Shown here: positions 1 through 10,891 of the stretch, one piece after another | Position numbering within the stretch: position 1 is the stretch's first letter | Layout of the letters: each line of letters starts with the position of its first letter | From: Penicillus capitatus | Lineage: Eukaryota; Plantae; Chlorophyta | Assembly: GCA_965649825.1 (NCBI GenBank) | Contig: OZ287703.1 | Coordinates: 739,722 to 803,721 of the forward strand | Length of the DNA: 64,000 nt | Reading direction: 5' to 3' | Program-made: the position numbers and the translations under genes | The notes under the pieces: model-generated | Database searches by the model: none | Told to the model about the DNA's origin: nothing | The model's input: only the letters and a program-made list of their open reading frames with translations

Positions 1-418
1 TGTACCTACCCTTTCAAGTTATAGCCTGCGTAGTTTTTCGTACTTTCGAAGGAGATTATTATTCCAACGAAAGCAAAACAAGAGAAACGCGTTGTTGTAC
101 AGAAGCCACGTGTGGTCCGTCTGAACACCCTCGATAAGTAAAAACAAGGCATCCTTATAAGAGCCGCGTGTGGAAGATAAAACGTCATGTAGCTATTTAC
201 CTTCTTGCTGAAACGAAGCATCGAATCTCGATTTCGTTTTTCTTTTTGGTGCCTCGGGCAGTCTGCTTTAGGTAATATCATGGAAACAAGGAGGATCCCT
301 TTGATACCTAGCGTTGGGATGAACCTGGGTTTTCTAGAAGGAATCGAATCGTTTACCGACAACACTCAAACGTAAGCAATCATGGCAGATGCTTGTCCAT
401 CCAGATCGATGGTGAGAG

Positions 419-646
419 TTCCGTCGCGTCGACAACACTCCCATTGTTCGCTATGCGATTTCGTGGACCGAAACGTCCTCTGAGGCGGCCGATTGCGAGG
501 GCGGCGTCGGGCAGATACAAGTGACTAACTCCAAACTTCCGTTTCATGATTTTAACGATTGTCCTGAACGTTTTCAACAAACAGGCTACTTGTTTGAATT
601 GTCTTTCAGGAGACAATTCATCGACGACGACGATGGCGAGTCATAA
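419..646 (+). CDS. possible last exon of an unidentified gene entering from the left edge
   Basis: Open frame after an AG (FRRVDNTPIVRYAISWTETSSEAADCEGGVGQIQV...DDDDGES*), with a GTAAGC donor at 372. No recognisable domain. Confidence 0.3.
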   Translation, partial: FRRVDNTPIVRYAISWTETSSEAADCEGGVGQIQVTNSKLPFHDFNDCPERFQQTGYLFELSFRRQFIDDDDGES

Positions 647-782
647 GGTACTCGCAGGCAAAAAACTGTAAGATAGATCATAACCGGGAAAGAAACCCAG
701 AAAGAAAAAAATACGAAGCACGTGATACTTCTGCTAATGGCTTTGCGTTTGTCGTGCTGACTGCTTAGCATCGACTTCATCA

Positions 783-1651
783 CTAATGATTGGTGGCATT
801 GGCGTCCGCTTGGGCACCATCACCCTTCGTTGTCTCCTTCTCTTTGGATTTTTTACTACCGGCCTTCGCATCTCCATCAACTGCAGAAATAGCGATGCTT
901 TCTCCTTTCTTATCTTCGCAGTACACAAAACAGGCGGCAAAGACTTTAGCGAAAACCTCTTCAAGCGCCTTTGCCAATGCAAAATCACGATCGAAGCTGG
1001 CTTGATTGCTGCCGACACAGGATTTTGAAAATGCCGACGCGGTAGCTTGGGCAATGGCCGTAATCGAGGCGTCAACCGCCGCATCGCACACGGCGTTGTC
1101 ATGGCCTCCGACGGAGACGTACAAGTCGACAAAGACTTTAGCGACAGCGCAAGCGATGGCATCGGCGTCTGACTGTGCTGATACGCAAGCAAACGTGTAG
1201 TCATTATCTTTCCCAGCACACTCCGCTTGAGTGCGTGTCGCAGCAATGGCCAAGGCAGAAGCTTGCGCATGGCACTTGGCATCCACCCTGACATCGACCG
1301 TTCTGCATTTTCTCAAGTCGGCGTAAAAACTACTGCTGTCGAAACAACTGCGGGAGCCTTTGATCCATGCCTAACAAAAATGCCAGAAGTGAGTTTGGTC
1401 AGAACCTCCGCGTTAAAGCTTACTCCACAGAAAGATGCCCCGCTCGCGCTGCAATGTCCGGGTCCTTTGAGGCTAATTCTGAGCGATGTATTGGCCTTGC
1501 ACTCGGTGATTGGCACACACTTTTGGTACGTAGCATCTAGACAGAGACAGAGAGCTTCTTGATAACCTAGCCCGAATTATAACCGCGGCTTACCGACTCC
1601 GTTGGAGGCCAGAAGTGCAACAAGAAGCACGAAAACTGCGGCTTTATACAT
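783..1651 (-). CDS. secreted Ala/Cys-rich protein, 14-Cys family member A (3 exons)
   Basis: Signal peptide MYKAAVFVLLVALLASNGV, phase-1 intron 1593-1537, second intron after ...ASFCG. 14 Cys align with the paralogues at 17984, 24378 and 34440. Confidence 0.85.
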
Positions 1652-1737
1652 CTTTAAGACGATCTCTTGAAAACTTCAAACACTGGTATACTCTACGCTT
1701 GCCCACCACAAAACAGAATGCATGGTGCCTAATGTGG

Positions 1738-1754
1738 CTGAATTTATAGGGCCC
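1738..1754 (-). promoter_or_regulatory. TATA box of 14-Cys member A
   Basis: GGGCCCTATAAATTCAG on the minus strand about 90 nt upstream of the ATG. GGCCCTATAAATTC is also present upstream of the paralogue at 17871-17884. Confidence 0.6.
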
Positions 1755-2239
1755 TGGACATGACAGCCCGCGCGACGGAGTATCCGTTTTTAGAGTTGTC
1801 TTGTAGCTTTTCGTCGAGAAGTTGTACGAATTCGGACCTCTGGCTTCTTCATCTGTCACATCAGCTACCGCCCAAGACTGAAGTTCACCCCGCGGCCTGA
1901 CGTTGACAGATGATCAAGTGGACGAGAACCACAAGTCTGCCCTAGACAACGAGAAGCAACACGTCCTACGCGCTCGCGGCTGGCTACTGATCGACTACTC
2001 GCTTTGTTACAGCTTCGGATCCGCGAGGAACACCACGTGTCTCTGCCAGCTGTGCCTCGGAGAGTCTGCGTTCCGAGGCAATCAACCGTCACCGACAGGC
2101 TCCCATCGCTCAGAGCACCCTTGGCGAATGGCAGCCCGTCAGTTCCACAGACCGTGGCTCTCTCACAGACCCACGCACGGCTCGCCATCTATCGCCCAGG
2201 TCGCGTCAAATCAGTCGACCGACCGCAACAGACCCATCC

Positions 2240-3160
2240 ATGCTCCGCGTCTCGCTACCCTCCGTCTCGTTCGCTCCGCTCCTCTGAGGCGGAGCTCGAC
2301 GAGGGATGGCAGAAAACATTTGCGCTACGCGCGTAACGTCCCCCTCAGCCGTGGTTCGCAGACCGTAAACAACCCACCCTCCCCGCGGCACCTCACACTA
2401 CCGTGCGACGCGCTGCTGTCCGCCAACAAGCCGGTGAATCTTCTCGTCCTCGGACGGCCATTCACAAGCGACGACGACGAGGGCGTCGCCCAAGACATCG
2501 CATCTGTCGCGAACCTGAAGGGACGCGGAACCTATCCGGATGACTTCCAGCACTTGACGGAAGAGGACTGGGAAGAACTCGAAGTCGTACTTCTCACCAC
2601 CTTCTCCAACAATGGAGTCGAGGTCTGCATCGTCGCGACTCGGGACTTAGTCGTGCTGTCTATTTTCAGATCCTCGTACGCAAGGCTAGGAACCTGAAGT
2701 GGTTCCATACCCACACGGCCGGCATCAACCCACCTTGTCATTCCAGCCATTCTAGAGTCAGAGATCGCCGTCACCAATGCAAAGGGAGTCTACCGCCACT
2801 CCTTGGCCGAATACGCCATGTTCGCATGCAGCTACTTCGCCAAGAATCTTCCCAGGCTGCTGAGATCAAAGGCGGAGAAGAAGTGGGACGAATTCGCGGT
2901 CGAGGAGCTCATGGGGCGGACGATGGGAGTCGTCGGACTGGGAGACATCGGTCTCTCCACCGCCAAGATGGCGAAGGCGTTCGGGATGAACGTCATCGGC
3001 GTCCGGCGGACAACCACCCTCTCGGATGCAGAGAGAAGCATCGTGGTACGATCGCCGCCCTCTGCGTCCCGTCGAGCGAGTGAGAGTCCTAGGATGCTGT
3101 CTACAGTCCCGAGGATCTCGTCAAGGTGATGGGGGCGAGTGACTATGTCGTGGCGACGCT
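2240..3160 (+). pseudogene. pseudogenised inverted copy of the D-2-hydroxyacid dehydrogenase
   Basis: Close copy of 16072-17393(-). Codon 16 is TGA (2285-2287) instead of CGA, an 8-nt deletion (TAGTGACG) removes the intron-1 acceptor, and homology ends near 3158, so the C-terminal catalytic part is missing. Confidence 0.9.
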
Positions 3161-3680
3161 TGATGTGTTTCCCTTCAACGATATCATTGTTGATGGATTG
3201 TATAGAGTTCGCGAACGCATGCTTTTCTGAGCGAATCCAGTATTCGTTTGATACCTCTGCTGTTTGTTTTATCGCACTGAAGGTCCCAGATTCCCAGAGA
3301 TGACATGAACAACCGTTTTTGTTAATTGTTCGGATGCTCCATTTTTGGCGGTTTACTTCTATTGCTGAAGGAGACTCGAATTTTGCCATGAACGCGTTAC
3401 GAAACGTCGTATCTTGTTTGTCGACAAAACGTGCAAAGTCAGACTCCGACGGAAACGAAGTTTTCAACACCTGTTAACTCCACAACTCTTTTTCCGAGCA
3501 AGTGAACGATGATATACCTGGTAAATAGTTTCATCTCAGCAAACAGTTCGCCCATGCTTTTGCGGCGGTAGACAGATAGGAGGTATTTACTTGGATTTGT
3601 TAAACGTCTGCACTGACGCATTTTCTGAAACACCCTTTGTAGAGATTTGCATCGATGCGTCATTGGGTTTGAACATACAT
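3160..3680 (-). pseudogene. fragment of an unidentified intron-containing gene, 3'-truncated at the 3160 junction
   Basis: Protein-like frames (MFKPNDASMQISTKG..., LKTSFPSESDFARFVDKQ...NGCSCHLW...) run without a stop into antisense dehydrogenase sequence. Confidence 0.3.
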
Positions 3681-5495
3681 TTTCTGCCTACTCATTTCAG
3701 AGCATCGGCAGTAAAGATGCTAAGTTCACAAGACAGCTGTTACAGTACTACAGTCGCCGTCGCTGCAACTGTACTTCCACGCTTTGTTAGTGCATATGAT
3801 ATTTCATCGAACGATTTTTCTGTTCAGATCGTCATCTTCGAGTAAAAAGCGCCACCGCACATGATTGAGTTGGTCTGTGTTGCTGCATCATCTTTTACGA
3901 CATAATTACGATCGTCAACTTTATTGTCTATGTGGTTAAGGATGCCTGATTGCCATAGTCAGGAGTTCTTAGACGTACTTGACTTCTATGTCTGTGTTAT
4001 TGACGGCCTCGCGGTTGAATAGAAATCGACATAGTTGATTAGAACGCGATATTATGCACTCATGCATTTCTCGAGGCGGAGCATCTCGGCGGAATAAAAC
4101 AGAGTTGAGTTTTCAGTGTTGGATTTCTGACTCCGGATCCTTCTTTTTTATAAGGTCCCGTACTCTCATACCAACCATGGCAAGGTTTGTTAAGCAATAG
4201 GCATGCATTCGTTACCTCTCAGCTTTCTTCGTATGTTGCGATGTCCGTGTTGTTTGCTGCGGATGTAAGAATAAATCATGTTCACGGTAACGAAACCACG
4301 ACGTTCCGGCAAGAAAAGACACCTGAATGACTTAGTGCGGACGAATGGCCGCAGAGGTGTTAGTAGGGTTATAATATCGAAAGAGGTTGTCGAACATGAG
4401 AAGATGTCGCACATCTTCTCTATGAATAGACTCTTAGCAACAAAACCCGGTTCCGTGGAGGAAGGTCAAAACGAGACTCGGGTTAAGATATTCATCTGCC
4501 CTGGTGGAACCTAGATGCCTGCTTATATACACTTTTTAATGAAATTCACCGCATGCGTTACTTTATTCGACCGAGTGCTACTAAGTTCAAGTTGTTCCGT
4601 GTACGAATCAGAATGAGTGCTATCATTTTCAGTCACTGAGCATGCGCGTCCTCTCTGATATGGCCTACAATTTCTATTCGGTAGCCTTTGACAATAACGG
4701 CCTTATAAAAAACTAAGCAATGTTAGTTTCCATTAAAAGAAAAGTCGTCCAATTGTATGACATTTTCTATCTCCTCCAGAGGCTGATTGTTGCCCACATT
4801 GGACACACTCCACGGTCAAGGTTGAATCTTCTACGATAAATTCTAGTAAAGTTTACGTAGAGCAATACATAACTAGATCGGTAAGGCGCAAATGGATTGA
4901 CATTCCTTTCATTCTTAAACAGTTCCTTCATCGACATTCGCAAAAAGAAACACAAAAAGGTATTCTAGGCCAATAAATGTGATAGAAAGGTGACTGTTGT
5001 GTGACATGCGTTGTTGCAATGCATATCGTCCATGTCGGATTGCCGGCAGTGATGAAAGTTTGTGTTTAAGCAGACAGTTGTCTAAGGCACGCAAATGTAG
5101 GCAGCGCCGACCAGTGTAGTCACCACAAACTGCACCCACCCAATAATCATTTTGCCACGACTGTACAGAGGTACAATACAGCGTCAGGTTTATATAAATG
5201 GACGGTTCGCTAAATGGTAACATTAGGCTCACAACAAGATTGACTGTTGTCAGTAATCGCGATGAAATAACCTCGAAAAAGAAAGTTTCTTAAAGGGCAA
5301 ATGTACAAACAAACAGTTTCATGGTCCTTTTCACAGTAGTTGTCTCATCAATTCGTGGACCATTTTTTATTTTTATTTGCTTGCTTTTACAACTCCTTTT
5401 TGAGAAGATCAGGAGTGCGTCTGTACATAGGGGGAAGCAACCAGTGTTTAAAGGTCCAATCAAAGAGGCCAGGTAGGGAAGAATAAAATGAGAAG

Positions 5496-7059
5496 TCACG
5501 TGTTTCCACGCGACACACTGGGAAACCGAACGAACGGGCAAATGAGCAACACCATGCAATCCAGCTTGGCATACTGGGACTTATGTTCGGCAAACAGCTT
5601 CTCGTGGAGCGCCTTTGAAACAAATACCTTCAGGTTCCTACTGGGAATCCAGTCTGACAGAGGTTGACCAAAGGCGTCGCGTTTTCTTCGGTTCAATCCG
5701 TGGGGGGGGGTGCTAAGTGCGAGTCGAGGAGTTCAATGCTCGGGAGATTCCAACGGACAGCATTCTGTTCCACGATTGCTTCGATGGCTGCTTCAGCTTC
5801 AATGTCCGTGTCCACGTTCCCGATGACGACGGGGATCTTGTCTCTTGTGGGCGAGGTATGCGGATTGTTGACTTCAAACGTGCTGAGGTCTTCCAGCTCC
5901 AGGTTCCATCTGGCATCCGTGCATTCCAGGGATCGGTCGAGGGCCTTTTCGAACGACTTGCGGTAGTCGTCGCGGATCTGGATAAAGAATCGGCCGCCCT
6001 GATCGGATCGGATGTCTTCGATGCATGCTTTGAGATTCTGGATCTTCAGTTTCCTTTCCAAGCTGATTCCGAGTTGTCGGAACGATGGGCGGTCGCCCTT
6101 CAGGGAAACTGGGCAGAGGTGAAAGCTGCGCTCGTCACAGCGGATCTGGGCCTTGATCTCTTGCGTGTGTCTGCGGATCGCTCTCGTCTGTTCTGTTCGC
6201 TGCCTTTGGGCGGGCGTCCGGGCCGTATCGCGGTACGATCGTGTTGCTTGCGGGGTTGGCTGCTCCTCTCGGCCTACTCTGTTGTGAGCTGCTTTCAGCG
6301 GCACTTGGGAGGCTCGACAGTTCTGGTACATGTCACTCATAAGCTGGAAGACGGGGACCAGACCATGCAGATGCGAGTGTGCGCAGTCCGCGATTTCCTT
6401 CAAGTGCTGGTGTTGTTCTCTGGAGAATGTCATTCCTTGTTCGATGCTGCCTAGGAATTCCATGGTATCTCCCAGGGCACTGAGTGCCTTCGAGATCCCC
6501 TCTATGCTGAGTTTCATCCATGCTCGGAAGGAGTGCTTGTCCGTCGGCTGATCCGCAGAGTCTCGTGGGACGGGGTGGGGGGTTGCTCTGGGTATTCGTG
6601 CGCTGCTGCGGGTCTCGGCTGCTTCGGCGGTGTCGAGGCGGACATCTCTCTGAAGTCCTTGAGGAAGGCGGCGAGTGCGTTGAGTATCTTCTTCTTCGAC
6701 CAGGACGGGTCACGCTGGTTTCCTGGGACAGCGGCGTCGAACACGCCTTTCAGGGAGATGGGAGTCAGCGAGGCGAGTCGGTGTTCGTGCTGGCAGAGAA
6801 TATTCCAGAATTCGGAAGTGCACGCCGCGCGGGTGTACAGGTGTCTCTCCAGGTTCCCGTCGTCGGGTGGTTCGCCCGGTTCTGGTGAGGAGCGCTGCGC
6901 AGCCGCCGTGCGCCCTGGGTCAGGGGCGGCGTCAGGTCCCCCGGACTGAGAGCCTAAAGGCTTCATCGTTCGTTGTCGCGCGTTTGGACACCGTCGTTCG
7001 GCAAGGGTTTTAAACGTTGGAACGAACGTGTCGTACGAGAAAATGTATTCGTGGACCAT
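5496..7059 (-). mobile_element. non-LTR retrotransposon (LINE) ORF1/gag-like relic, lacking ORF2
   Basis: Intronless GC-rich block in AT-richer flanks. ORFs 7059-6514 and 6517-5693, continuing after a C9 run in another frame (LNRRK...WIPSRNLKVFV...PFVRFP). KIPVVIGNVDTDI and the downstream segment resemble pre-zinc-knuckle regions of LINE ORF1 proteins. No endonuclease or RT found. Confidence 0.6.
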
Positions 7060-7599
7060 CGAACCTATTTTCCGAAAACTGTGTACAAGCGTCTAACGCC
7101 ATCGTTGCCCGTAACACAACGCGGAAGATTTGCTAGAATAGGACTTCGATGACGGTCGCGAATTGCAAGAAGGGTTCAGTGTGGCGGATATTCCGATTTT
7201 TAAAATAACGGCAAAACGCGTTGAACGTGAGTTCAACATGAGTTAAAGACAACTAAGTGCAAGTAGTAGATCTCATGCACAAATCCGCGGTAAAATATTC
7301 GTTGTTAAAGATTCTATAAGCCGAGCTCGCTAATTTGTTGAAATCTACGCACTTGAGAACTCTAATCGTAACGTTGTGTCACATCAATTCACCTCAGCTC
7401 GGCACGATACATTTGTAAACGTGAAAGGGAGAATCCTCGTTCGAGTCCCAACTATGGAAAGATTTAAACTCCTTGGATAGCGATGCAAAGGCAAATGGTT
7501 TGCAGCCCTCTCCATCTCTTCTGGCTTGGGACAGAACGATATCCTCCTCGATAAACATGTGAAGCTCCTATTCTATTCTCACGTTGCCTTGCTTGGTCG

Positions 7600-9033
7600 T
7601 AAACCAAACGCAACAAAATCCACCTTAGTTTGATGGCAAAGGACGAAGAACGCGGTTGAGGGACATTTCGAGCAAAGACACAAAAACGCATCTAAACGTG
7701 CGGCAGTGCTCTACAGCTACCATAACGTTCGAGGTTTTTAGTAATGTCAAGGAATTTATCTACGATGTTGCGCAGCGCTTTGCTGCAAGGTTTATCCACC
7801 ACATCAAGAGACTGTTGCAAGGAACGCAACTGCCGATGGTAGAAAGCAATTTTCTCAAAATCCAGGACTCGACCATAAGGTGTCAGCTGTTGGTAACGTC
7901 GTCTCAGAGTTTGCACCGATTTCTGATGCCGCGCCTAGAACGAACATCAGCAATTTCTTGACAGACAAATCTGCATACCTGTGCTTCCCGACGCCGCTCT
8001 TTCTGAATGTTTTGGTAGATCGCATGTACGTCGTGCATGAGTTGCTTATACGCATACTTCTTCTTCTCACCATCCTGATCCATGTATCTTCTTCGAAAGG
8101 TGTCGAAAACATGGACAACCGCATTTGGCATACTATCCAGACAGCGACTCCAATCTTCAATACTCTATACAAACTGAATGATGACGCGTGAAAAAATGAC
8201 GACCGCTACGCAAAAGCCTTCGGACTCGACGGAAGAACAACGGCTGTTCTGCGCGTTCTCTAGCGTCCGTTTCAATGCCGCGTTCTCTTCGAGAATTGAC
8301 GAAAGGTGAGCTAGCTGTCGTTTCGACTCTCGAAGACTCTCTGCCAAAAACCACATCGGCGAGAGAGTAACTCTTATCTAGCAGAGCCACCCACTTTTTA
8401 ATTCTTGAATGCGCTTCGCATCGTCGAGCAAACGTTTTTGCGCATCGTTCTTGGCGTTATGGAGTTCGGTTTGATATTGCGCGGAACTCTTTGCCAATTC
8501 AGCGTTCTCCTTTCGCATCGCCTCGAAACGGCATTCCCTGTCAAGTGCACATGATTTAGATATTCGCCGATGTCGACATGTGAAGACTACCAATGATTCA
8601 TCCACCGTTCCCTCTCCTCGTGACATCGGCGCAACGCTGTGTCTTTCCTCGCCACCTGGACGACGTCCTCTTTTCGCAGAAGCTCCCACACAAATGCCGA
8701 TCGAAAAAACCGTTTGTCGCAGACAATCTTGGATACGGCTCTGTTCCCTGTCTCTATTTTTCAGCTTCGCGATTTTGCGTTGTCCATCCTTGTGCTTTCC
8801 GAGATACAATTGGCGATCTTCTTTGAGAATTCTAAGCGGTTCGCCTCGTTTAAGGAAACAGATGCAGCTGCTTGTGACTGAATGCGTCGCTGTGACTTCT
8901 CTTTCTTCTTCTCAGCGGCACGTTTTGCTGCGGTGAGGTCGGCCTTGGTCTGCTCGAGCACGACATGACTAAACCGCAGACGATCTGTCAACTCCTGTGC
9001 AATATCCGAAACGTGCATTCCCTCCCGTTCCAT
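7600..9033 (-). CDS. multi-exon coiled-coil protein of unknown function
   Basis: Successive helical, charged exons (LEQTKADLTAAKRAAEKKK; MRKENAELAKSSAQYQTELHNAKND; LRESKRQLAHLSSILEENAALKRTLE; YGRVLDFEKIAFYHRQL) separated by intron-sized gaps. Ends approximate. Confidence 0.6.
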
Positions 9034-9213
9034 TGTCGCGCCTCGATACGAACGTATTCGAAGAAACGACCCTTACGCGAGGTTCGTCATTTTCGAGATC
9101 TTGCTTCGCGTCAGTATGTCGCCAGCAGCATTGCGAACGCGACGATCTATGTACAAACGTCACCATCACGTGCCTCTATTGGCGTTTGTGTTTTTGTCAA
9201 GTTGACGTCAGCC

Positions 9214-9978
9214 ATGATGTTTGGGCAGCACCAGCGGGTCAATATCTCCTTCCTGCCCCGCACGCTTCGTAGTCTTAAACCGCCGCAACCGACAGTTCGA
9301 TTCCTTCGGCCGTCGCTTACACTCTGACCTGTCCTTCCTGACATAGAGGCCTCGAAGGGGAAATACGTTCAGGACCGCTTCTCTCAGAATTGACAGACGC
9401 CGGCACTTTGAACATGCCCTTCAAAGACAGAATGCAGAAGAGCAGCGCATCCAGACTCTCTTAAAATCGACCAATCGCGGTGTCATCGAAATCCGATCAC
9501 TGGATCAGCTCGATACCGTGATCGATCGATACGAGAGTGCTCTGATCGTCCTGTTTCTTTACTCAAGAGTACACCTGTCTCTGCTGACCTTCCTCACTCT
9601 TCTGCTGTAGTCCTGCGGCAGCTGCAAGACCGTGTTGAATCATTACCGTGGTCTTTGCACAGAGGTAAGATCTGTTCACCATCCGGTTCCCAAGTCATCT
9701 CTCTGCAGCATGGACAGGCCAGTGCACGCGTTGTCTTCCTCAAGCACGATGTGTACGACGATTTCGATCACCTCACCGATATCACCCGAATGTACAACGT
9801 CCATGCCGTTCCTGCTTTTCTTTTTCTCTCGGGTGGCGCTCTGATGCAAAAACTGCACTTTCGCGATTCCCGTCTTGCTGCCGGCAATCTGCCCAGACAA
9901 CTTGTCCAAGACCGACAGCATCTCGGCGACGCCATCCGTCGTCACCTATTCAAACTGGCACCCTCGGCATCGCACTGA
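9214..9978 (+). CDS. thioredoxin-like protein with CGSC active site, probably plastid-targeted
   Basis: Spliced product ...LIVLFLYSR|SCGSCKTVLNHY...VVFLKHDV...MYNVHAVPAFLFLSGG. Basic N-terminal extension resembles a transit peptide. Introns about 9295-9346, 9589-9630 and 9665-9708. Confidence 0.8.
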
Positions 9979-10058
9979 GAACCCACCCTGTGCTGCTCTC
10001 TGTTCGAACGGACAGCAATATTGCACTTAAAGAATTCTCTTTAAACGATCAGACGTCT

Positions 10059-10551
10059 CTAGTGTTTTTCAGAAACGGGAAGATTCGCATCTTTCGCTTG
10101 AAACAGCAGCGTACGTGCACGAGAGACATCCTTCTGTTGGACACCGAGGTTAAAATCGATCATATCCACCACCTGTTGCCAGTCACTTCCTTGGGGACTC
10201 TTTTTCAGTTCCTGTGCCTTTGCTTCGTCTTCCCGATTCACTTTCTTCGTCTTTTCGATACGCTCCTGGCGCTCCTAACAGAGAAAAGACAGGGCGCATT
10301 TCGTGCCTCTCTTGGACAGAGTGTGGCCTTACGGCATGGAAAGCGGCAATGTATTCTTTGGCTTTGTCCATCAGCACCTGCTTCTCGGTTTTCTCTTCCT
10401 CCTCCTTCTTGTCCAGCATTTCTCGGTTTTCGCGAAACCAGACGGTCCGCGGACTGTCTGGCTTAGGCGGCGATTCGTAATCCTCGACTGCTCCATCGAA
10501 AGCGACTGGAGGCACTTCGCCTTCGAACTCGCCTCCGTTTCCGTTATCCAT
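10059..10551 (-). CDS. CLC: clathrin light chain
   Basis: Acidic N-terminus, W..ENREMLDKKEEEEK helix, and C-terminal WQQVVDMIDF...KDVSRARTLL motif typical of clathrin light chains. Confidence 0.85.
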
Positions 10552-10891
10552 CGACGACGATGCAGAGTGCGTAACGAGAGAAAGGGTGGCAAGCTTGATG
10601 GGGAAAATCTTGTCTCCGAAAATTACATCGATCATACCCAGATGATGACCCCTTCCTTGCACAGATCTCTTCGTTCACGAAATGGATTCTCCGTGAAGAA
10701 GATTCCCATTGCCATTCCCCTCTTAAATACAGGAATCCTGAAGCAGCGCATCCATGTCTGCCACAGAGCAAGGGATTCCAGTGCTACGCAATCAATGTTC
10801 ATTTGTTGTGGTTGGTCTCCGTCGTCGTCATCGCCGTCGTCATATCACCAGACACAAAAATGAGTATAGGAGGTATCCAGTTGTACGATCT

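Noticed and set aside
1903-2697. 264-aa ORF that appears to be an N-terminally extended dehydrogenase
   Set aside because: Created by the 8-nt acceptor deletion joining an off-frame upstream region and retained intron to exon 2. The intact paralogue shows the true start and frame.
3250-3330. NGCSCHLWESG resembling a SWIM zinc finger of a MULE transposase
   Set aside because: The second half of the SWIM motif (CxH) is missing and no DDE region is adjacent.
5717-6949. Long plus-strand ORFs (245, 122 and 138 aa)
   Set aside because: Antisense shadows of the GC-rich LINE-like ORFs, with no independent motifs.
9213-9216. Palindromic CATG that could be the start codon of both the thioredoxin (+) and the coiled-coil gene (-)
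   Set aside because: The minus-strand frame from 9215 stops after 22 codons. An in-frame ATG at 9033 leaves a normal 180-nt divergent promoter, which is more parsimonious.
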